Positions 54,990 through 64,000 of a stretch of DNA of 64,000 nt are shown piece by piece. This DNA comes from Magallana gigas (Eukaryota). The stretch spans positions 20,274,001-20,338,000 of the forward strand of contig NC_088862.1 in assembly GCF_963853765.1 (NCBI RefSeq). Direction: 5' to 3'. Position numbers and translations under genes: made by a program. Each line of letters begins with the position of its first letter. Positions within the stretch are counted from its first letter, which is position 1. Under the pieces are notes generated by a model that searched no databases, had not been told where the DNA came from, and saw only the letters and a list, made by a program, of their open reading frames with translations.

Positions 54990-57187
54990 ACGGGTGGAGG
55001 GCATGGAAAGGGGGGGGGGGGGGTAGGTGATGAAAGTAAAGAATACAGGGACTTAGATCTTGTCCGGCCTCGATAACATGCATTGAGTTCTACATATCAT
55101 AATAAAATACTTTTCACAAATCGAATTAGTAAAAATACATTCAATGAATCAATGAACTTAACAATATCAACGCACTGATATCACTTTAAAATTCACAAAT
55201 GTATTTAAAGAGTATATAACCGCCGCCCCTGTGATTTTGCCAAGTAAGACAGTATGCATCTTGTACTGAGGATTGTTTGGCAGAGAATCAAACTGCAGCC
55301 GCCATACCCTACAAGCTAGTGACTGACCATGCACTCAGCAACCTAATAGTGGACTTACCGTCACACGACGGGTGAGAGAAGGGGGGGGGGGGGGGGTTAA
55401 TTAGATGTACGCGGTCACAGGGTTAGGTTCATTGCGTAATACAATACCATTCCTCATATGCACGATACTAACACCGCTGAGACTAGATTTACATAACAAT
55501 TACACGGATGTTGGTACTATATGGCGCGTGTAATACAATAGACCGGAAGGAGGTTTATATATAATGCGGCGTTTATTCTGTTAACTGTCATGTTAGGTCA
55601 TGAAATAAATGGCGAAAATAAGGGCTATAACGTTAACTTCGCAACATTTTTAAAAATTCCTAACAAAGAAAATTGCTGAAGGAGCACAGTTTCAAACGAA
55701 AATTCTCTCTCTCTTTTTTTCTCTCTCTCCAAATTTTTAAAATAATGTAAACAAAGTCACGTCTAAAAAATGATCAAGATAAAAATGAACTTAAGATAAG
55801 TTACATTATATAACTCAAGGAGTCCCTCGAGGTGCCGTAAATAATCAATTATCTATCAAATGTATTGTAGGCGAGGCACGAATGACAAATTTTTGCTGAG
55901 AAAAGGCGTCAGTTAACAATTCTCGCCATTGCTTACAACGTACAGTACATGTATATATTTAACTATATTTAACTATATATTTTCTTTATTGTTAGTCCAT
56001 GTTTGCAGCATAATCAAAATCAAAAGACTATATTTTTTAACACATAGATTTTCAATATTCCAGTGACTAGTGAAATAAGTATTATACATATCTATCAAAA
56101 GTGAACATTATTTAAGATGAAAAATAAGAAAATAACTTACAAACATGACTTTAAGTATGATGTAGGATATTCTTTCGTTCTTTTTTGTCGATTAATGTCA
56201 ATTAACCCTGGGCTATCTCTGAGTCATAGATATTATACTAGGTTTCAAGTAATAATCTTTGACCTAAATGACAAATTTCAAAATCACTTGTAGTTATATA
56301 TGGACGGACACATTTTCTTGGAATGTAATACAATACCATACTATTTAAATATTCCAATCAATAATAAAAAAAATTTGTCTCTGTCTTTTTTCTTGGAAAT
56401 TGACTCATGCGTAATGGGGTGTGTTCGTTTACTACTTCCAGATTTGGACCTGAATATCTCCAACAGACCTGCTATTTGGAAAGTAGACAATGGAGATATA
56501 CCGGAGATCTCCATACTGCAAACGAGCAAATTAGGATTACTCTTGCAGCTCTCCAATCCACCAAACGAATACACCCCATGGTTACGAGATTCTGTCCATG
56601 GGATGCATGGTTCAAGCTCAAAAAAGAAAGACATGAATTATCGCTATCACTGGACGCAATACACAAACTTCACGCCATCCGGGATGCCGGGTGTGGTGGA
56701 AGGTGTTGGGGGGGGGGGGGTGAGAAATGGGGGGGGGGGGGGGGGTAGTAGGAAAGGAAATAATGCAGGGTCCTGGTAGATCTTGGCTTGCCTCGATGAT
56801 GTCTTGCCTCGATGGAATGAGGTCTACATACCATAAAAATGAACGAATGAACTTCTTCATAATATTATAAATATACATGTATATTTAACCCACTGATAAT
56901 CACTTAAATAAGATATATACAAAGATGTAGGCCTATGTTAACGCGACCCGGAGTTTGATAACATACATGTTCACCTTATAAAAGATTGTTTGTCAAAGAA
57001 TCGAACTGCAGCCGCGGTACCCAAATAAATGAGTGATTGACCATGCACTCAGCATCTCATAAAGAACCTACCGTCCTACCATGGGTTAGGGAACTGAGGG
57101 TGGGGATGGAGGTGTGCAGGTATGTAAAATTTGCAACTTATTAAAAAAATCCTGACAAAGACCAAAGACGATGACTGTTGAATGAGC

Positions 57188-57245
<58 letters not shown>

Positions 57246-57975
57246 CAAAATATGTAAACAAAGTCACGTCCTAAAATCAATCAGGATCAAACGCCACTGG
57301 CAATGCTATGTTTCCGTTTATGTGTAGCACACTGAGCATTGTCGTCTGACGGTGTCTACAGTGAATCAAAGGGACTACTTGCGATAAGTTATATAACTCA
57401 AGGAGTCACTCAAGGTGCCATAAATAATCAGTCATCTATTCAAATGTATTGTAGGCGAGATTTGGGGTTTTTTTTTTTATCGAGGAAAGGCGCCAGTTAA
57501 CAATTCTCGCCATTGTTTACAACGTAATTTTCCTAAGAGTTGGCTCATGTTTGCAGCATATTTTAATAGATTGATTATCAAAGAATATCTATTATTGTTC
57601 CGACTTTTAGTGACCAGTGAAGTACATGTAGGTATTTTACGACACATGTACACATGTACATCAGACGTGAACCGCGATTATTCAAGATGAAACATAAAAA
57701 GAACCAAATTAAACATGACTTACTTTTACTATCCTGTAAGATATTCGGTTGTTCTCTTCTATTAATTTCAATTTTGAATCCATTATTAACTCTATGCTTT
57801 ATCTGACAGCGTCACAAATATATACTACCATGTAATGTTTAACAGGCACTGTCTTTTTTTTAAATAAAAGAGAATAGAAAGTGGAAACAAATATATCAAA
57901 TTACTTGTAGTTATTTGGAAGGACAAAGGAACAAATGACTAATGCAATGCAATATCCAAATATTGAAATATTACA
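54990..57975 (+). repeat. Old diverged tandem duplication of a ~1.35-kb non-coding segment (period ~1.6-1.7 kb)
   Basis: Colinear shared blocks: ACTGCAGCCGC..GACCATGCACTCAGCA (~55292 / ~57004), AACAAAGTCACGTC (~55750 / ~57258), TTATATAACTCAAGGAGTC..GTATTGTAGGCGAG (~55806 / ~57390), AAAGGCG.CAGTTAACAATTCTCGCCATTG, and ACTTGTAGTTAT (~56285 / ~57903). Confidence 0.8.
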
Positions 57976-60900
57976 ATCGAAACTCAAGAACGTGACCCTG
58001 GTTTTCATGGTTCACGTGTATTACTTACAAAATTTTTGTCCAAGAGCTGGTACAACGGCACGAGTTATCTCTCTTATCGGACGTAATACACAAACATTAG
58101 GCCGCGCTGTAGTATAATTGTACATCAATGGATATGCACTTATCGATGCAACAACAAATTTTTTTTACTGACAACAAACAACAAACTTACCAATAAGCAG
58201 AACACGGCGGTACTTTAATGGGAAGGTGCAAGGGAAATGTCACATTTCGACGGAGAAACTATTTTTTTCCGGTTTGCGTCGTGTTTACAGTGATTCATCC
58301 TGGTCACGTGGTTAGCTCTCAATCTGGACCAGATCAATTACTAGGCGGATCCAGATGTATCAAGAGTTTGCAGATTAGCTATTTCAGGATTTCAGGGCAG
58401 AAACGAAAAGTCATTTGAATTTATTTAAAGAGCAGATTAGAAAGTATCATAATGTGAAAACAGGTGCGTCTCATTCGCGGATCAATGATACCCCCCCCCC
58501 CCCAATAAAAAACTAGTAAAGCGGCATGGTACAATTTTTTGGCTTGTACAGTATCAAATAATTTTCCATACAAACCATTTTTCGTAAAAAGATAAAGAAT
58601 TTTGCCTATTCATACAAGCAGAAACGATCCCCTTCATAGTTGGAAATATTCAAAGAAAATGAAATTAAAATAATTATGGGAACCCCCCCCCCCCCCCCCC
58701 CCGAATAAAAACCAAACAAAATATATCATGGGCAATATAAGAAAGGGAAACCGTTTGGTTTCGTTCACCGAATGATTAGGTTTGTTCAATCCACATATTA
58801 TGCATCAATTGTAAAAAAAAAACTTCATAAATATTAGCTAGTGAACAAAATATACACATGTCTATTTTTAATTTGCTAAAACAATATGACCTTTATACAT
58901 GGAGGATGAACGTAAATGTAGATTCTCATCCAGGTATGTAGAGAGGGGCGGCTCCTGCCCCATGAGGAAGCTGCCCAAGGAAGATAGTTTACAGCTATGT
59001 CAAAGTCTTAATACAATTATACACATTTTATATGAGGCAAAATAACGTGGTACGCTTATATATATATGTCAGGTTTGTTTTGACAGAGAATTTGTACATC
59101 ATGTTCTCATTGAAATATGGCCTTATTGATCGGGAAAACTACCGCAATGTCTATTATTATACGCATACTTAGCATATCCATTGTTTATATGCGAATATAA
59201 AATTTGATACAAAATCGGACCAAGAATGCAGCTTTAAAAGTTTCTTATCTAGCCAAAAAAAAAAAAAAAAAACCCATTAAAGTCAAAACTGATTAGCTGA
59301 GGACCGGTGGTCAGAGTAATTAAACGGGATTTTTTACTGCATTTATTATCCTACATTCAAAATTATACCTTTATTCCAAGGAACTAATCTTGTGCAGTCC
59401 GGCTTTTAATTTCCAGAGGGGGGGGGGGGGGGAAGGGGTGCATGGCAATCTAATTCTCATAAGTTTAATATGTAATTCGAATAACTTTGCAATTTCAAAG
59501 GGAGGGGGCCACTTTAACTCCTCATGGCCAACGCATGCGTTTCTTCAGATGATTTAACCAGGTCAGTGTAAAATTGACCAAAAAATGTCATTGTTCAAGT
59601 CCTCTCTAAAAATACTCTTTAAAGCAAATGAAAGCTCAGACCTTTTCATTTGCTCACTCTAAGAAGATTCTTCTTGCGAGAAAAGTTTCAAATCTTCCCG
59701 TGCTTTTCGAAATTAGAAGTAACAAATTAATCTGTGTACTCGCTATATCCCTGTATTTGGAGGGGGGATGCACGTTAAAACATTGTTTAATATTTTTTGT
59801 CTATATTGTAGCCTTAATAATCTGCGAAATATGGCAAACTGTATGTTGATAAATCGTCAATTTTAATATAAGCTTTTCAATCGCTGAACAAATTTAATTT
59901 ACTACATCTATGAAATAAGGGTCCAGTGACTGCTTATTCAAACCCCTTCAGTTTGGGATCTTTCGAACGAATTCTTAGATTCTTAGATCTTTGACGACCA
60001 ATTCAACTGCATGCATTTGATTTAGTGTGAATAAACCCCCGTTTTCGTAAATTGTGTACATGTGCACAAGCGTGTACCTAAATCTTGTTAATTATCTTGT
60101 TAATTAAGCGATTTCCGGTTATGTTCTACCAACACGCTCTTTAAAATAAGCATACATCTCTCTTTTTTTCACTTAGAAAGTTAAAAGGTATTGATATTTT
60201 TGAGTGGTTTAAAGGAGATACATGTATTAAGATAACAACTCACTCAATTAAAAGCCATTTATTTCTATATCATTAAATGCACGACTTTCATATACAATGC
60301 AAAAAAGGACTTACTATTTGTCGATTGTTTTGTTTGGGAGAGAAGTGCGAGAATTCAGCAGCAACAACGAGTGTTGGACCTATGTACTAAGTGTGTATAA
60401 AATTTAAATGATGAGAAATGTACAAAAATATAATATTTTCCTTTTAACAAAACAGAAAAAATACATACGAGATCGGAGCAATCCATCATCACCGTATGAT
60501 TTGCGAAAAAAATTATGTGTTGATGATAACTTCCTATTTCCTTAAAAATATAGATTCTGGGAAAACGTTTATTGTGAAAAAGTATTCAAATTGACTTTAG
60601 AGTTATTCAAATTAAGCATATTTGTAACTTAGAACCATTTTAACAAGACCTTGGATGTACCAATCTATTTTTTGCGTCAAAACAAGTTAAAATGACACTG
60701 GTTTCAAGCGAAATATACACCGATTGCGTAGTCTTCGCTCAAAAAACCAGACAAATCCTGTTGATTTCAAAGAGCCATGACTGAGTGGCCTACAATGAAA
60801 TAGACAGACCTACGTCACAATATCGTTTAACACAACGACCTTAAGTCCAAGCTCTTGATAAAATGGTTCTACCATATGTAATTAACGGGTAGGTGGGTTA

Positions 60901-61391
60901 CAAATAGAGTTTTTTAGAAACTAGTAGTGTCTTACATTTATAAAATATTACGAACTAAGTGAGGTTAATTCATTATCGAATAACCATTAAAGACATCTTT
61001 TAAAAGTCCCCCCCCCCAAATACCTTTAATTAGAAATTCTGTAACATACCGGCTTAGCATGGTTGTAAAATTAAGATCGGCATAGCGTGGTTGTAAAATT
61101 AAGATCCTAACCTTTATATCAAATTAGATGTATTTTATATGCACATGAGGTTGACAGGGAAATTATATAAAAAATAGTTTCCCTGCCATGTTTTGTGAGA
61201 TTCAATTAACTTGATTCGAGCTAAACGCTATAAAATTGATATTATGCTAAACACAGTACATCTGTCGATCTGTACGCATAAAATTCATATTTATGAACAT
61301 ACTAATAAAATACTGGTTAATTATCTTTTTGGGGATAAATACACGACGAGGAGGGGCTGTATGCTGTATGTTGTCTCTTCCTTTATTCACT

Positions 61392-61464
61392 ATGTGGCGG
61401 GACGCTCTCCTTTGTCTCTTAGTATTTTGTGTAGTTGTAGTCTGTGAGGCGGCACAAATTCAAG
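61392..61464 (+). CDS. Probable first coding exon (signal peptide) of a secreted or membrane protein continuing downstream
   Basis: MWRDALLCLLVFCVVVVCEAAQIQ(G) has a hydrophobic core and a CEA|A-type cleavage site, followed by a strong phase-1 donor CAAG|GTAAGG. No downstream exon was identified. Confidence 0.55.
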
Positions 61465-62686
61465 GTAAGGTTATAACATATACACTCTGTGAATGAATTT
61501 TTAGAAACATATATTCAGTATGTATTGCGTTTTTTAACTCAGCTTCGTGGGATTAAAATCTGATCGGCACAAAAACGTCATATAATATAATAAAACAAGA
61601 CGTAATCTAGGATATCATATATTCATCATAGTTCAAGTTCGGGGAATTTTAAAAACTTTATTGAAACTTTTTTCTTCGAACAGTTGTATTAATTTCCATA
61701 AATGGAAGAAATAGGTTCTTCCTGGAATTTAACGCTAATTCTGGACCCGATAACATATTAGTTGTTTTTACTCCTTGATAAATTTATCGAATCCGGTTTT
61801 GTTTTGTAAAAAAGAGATGTTGGATTGACAATATCTGTCTTTGGAGACTAATGTTTTTTTCAATTTTCCGTTATTAGATTGTCAGGTCACCAGATTAACA
61901 CTGGTACAGTAAGCAATTTACAATCAAATATTTAATCGAACTAACTATTTTTCTTATAACTTTGAACAGTTTAAAAAAGTAAAACTCGAAGTGTCGACAG
62001 ATGATCCATGATACATATTTTAAGAAATCGACCTCCTCAAAAATGAGAACAATTACATTTTTTGTTTTACTAATATTTACAGTCATTTACCATGTTAACA
62101 GCATCTATCAAAGTTGGCCAGAGAAGAAAGTAGCTGAAAACGGTAGCGTCCAAATAAACCAGTACAATTCAAGTAAAAGTAGACCACACCTACATGTTTG
62201 ACATTTCAAGAATGATTATTTATCTCTTAAAATAAACATTCATACAACTTATATTTGGCAACAAGGATACCGATGAAATTAAGAACAATAAGGTAGAGTA
62301 CATTGACCAAATTTGCCCCCCCCCCCCACAAAATGTCCTCATATCTATATCGTGGCTACTATTGCTTTCCAAGAAAACAATCAGTTCATGTTGTCAAGCA
62401 ACACAAAATACTTAGCAACCATCATGTATGAATATCAGTTGTCGTACCCATATTAGTTACACAATAAGCTGTGTCTCTTATATTTTTAAGAATATAAAAT
62501 GGTTGAGGAAAGCAAAACCTAAGATAAGATGGGTTATATCTGCTGTTCCGCGAAGGTGTCATAGTCGATATGATAAAATCTGATCGAGGTAGTTTGTCGG
62601 AACATAATCAGTGAACCAAAGCATGTTTGGCAGGATAGAAGGACCCTTGTATCTGGTATTTCGCTGAAGAAAACAACACGGATTTA

Positions 62687-63178
62687 AGGGGCATTGTCAC
62701 GATTTTGGTCAAAAATTATTTTTTCGATTTTAATGTTTAAAATGCTTCAGTAAGGCATTTTTAATAGGCAACCAAAATTTGAGTGTCATTTGTTGAGTTG
62801 TAAGCGAGTTACAGAGCTTACAATTCCTCGCTATGTAAACAAAGCTTTCGTTTACATTTTGAACGTTGAAGTGAAAATTCCAGTTTTAGACCTAAAATGA
62901 ATGTGTTGATCGTTAGGAACTGTTTTATTTATACTTAAAATGAATAAGAATATAGACAAATGATCTTGAATTTTTTTTTTCTGGAATATTGAACCTATGT
63001 TAACAAAAACAGGACACGAGCCTTGTTTACATGACGAAGAATTGTAAGCCCTGTATCCTGCTTAAAACTCATCGACGGGCACCCAAATTTCATTTGATCA
63101 TTAGAAATGCATTCATAAAGCATTGTAAATATCAAAAACAGAAAAATAAAATATGACCAAAATCGTGACCATGCCCCT
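62687..63178. mobile_element. TTAA-target (Kolobok-like) MITE
   Basis: TTAA-GGGGCATTGTCACGATTTTGGTCA ... TGACCAAAATCGTGACCATGCCCCT-TTAA. No ORF. Confidence 0.8.
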
Positions 63179-64000
63179 TTAAAGATTATATGATAGCCCT
63201 GTTAATGGTTAGCAAGACAAGTTCTCGTAGATCTGACTGATGTATTTCTCAGAGTTGTAAGCGTTGACAACATATCAGAAAACGGATCCCTGGACAGTCC
63301 TATGAAGTGTTTGTAATCTTTATCTGATTATGACAAAGGGTTTTAAATATCCAAGCGCGTTGTTAAAGACAAAGACTGTCTCGTCCCGTAAAAGAGGTCA
63401 GCAATGACTGTCATGTTTTTGATAAATCTAATGAATGGTTTCTTCAATCTGGGACAGTTGCAGTAAAAATAAACCATTATGATCTTAGACAGCGTTAGTT
63501 AATAAGCCATTATGAAGAGTTACATTACATCATGTGCATTTTTTTGGGTGACTTTTACATATAATCCAATATCTATGTGACTTTGAGGTGCTAGGAATCT
63601 TACATTTGACTGATTTGTGACTGGTGTTCATTTATTGGTGGCTCATTATTTACTATACTGTGTGGTTGCACTGTGTTACTATATAATTGAATAATTCAAA
63701 CAAGTAACATTATAAAACTGTGTTGAAGAATGTTTAAAACATGTTGCTGTTTTTTGGGAGTTGATTTTAATCAACTCTCCTATGCACTTACTGGGGCAAA
63801 CCGAAAATAAAACAGTGTTTGGACCTAAGCACAAATCAATACCGCTGACAACACTTACCCGGTAGTTTTTCAAAATAATCGGTAAATCCGATGCAATGTA
63901 TTTTGAAGCATTGTTTTTCAAGAGAACTTATTTATCAATACCTTGAAAATTGTAAGATTTTAAATGGTACAAACAATTTAGATATTTTTTGAAGTCGTAT

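Overview
This is AT-rich animal genomic DNA, not prokaryotic; I found no rRNA, tRNA or CRISPR array. The repeat content, notably a ~166-bp satellite inside a Helentron-like element, resembles oyster (Crassostrea/Magallana) DNA, but that assignment is an inference. I rebuilt five intron-containing genes by hand with phase-consistent splice junctions: ZSWIM2 (minus, 12 exons, ~877 aa), a TFPT-like coiled-coil plus HMG-box gene (plus, 7 exons, ~256 aa), enkurin (minus, 4 exons, ~257 aa), an atypical E2/UBC-domain gene with a large unassigned C-terminal domain and RG-rich tail (minus, 6 exons, ~654 aa), and a divergent IP6K-like kinase (minus, 5 exons, ~347 aa). A probable signal-peptide first exon lies at 61.4 kb. 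The rest is rich in non-autonomous DNA elements, hairpins, one 5'-truncated LINE, mini- and microsatellites and a 186-N assembly gap. The most interesting observations are the atypical E2 protein, the Nhp10-like TFPT+HMG architecture, a tandem array copied from a ZSWIM2 splice donor, a MITE-spacer-MITE composite inside a foldback element, and a minisatellite that supplies the first in-frame ATG of the IP6K gene. All family assignments come from motif recognition; no searches were run.
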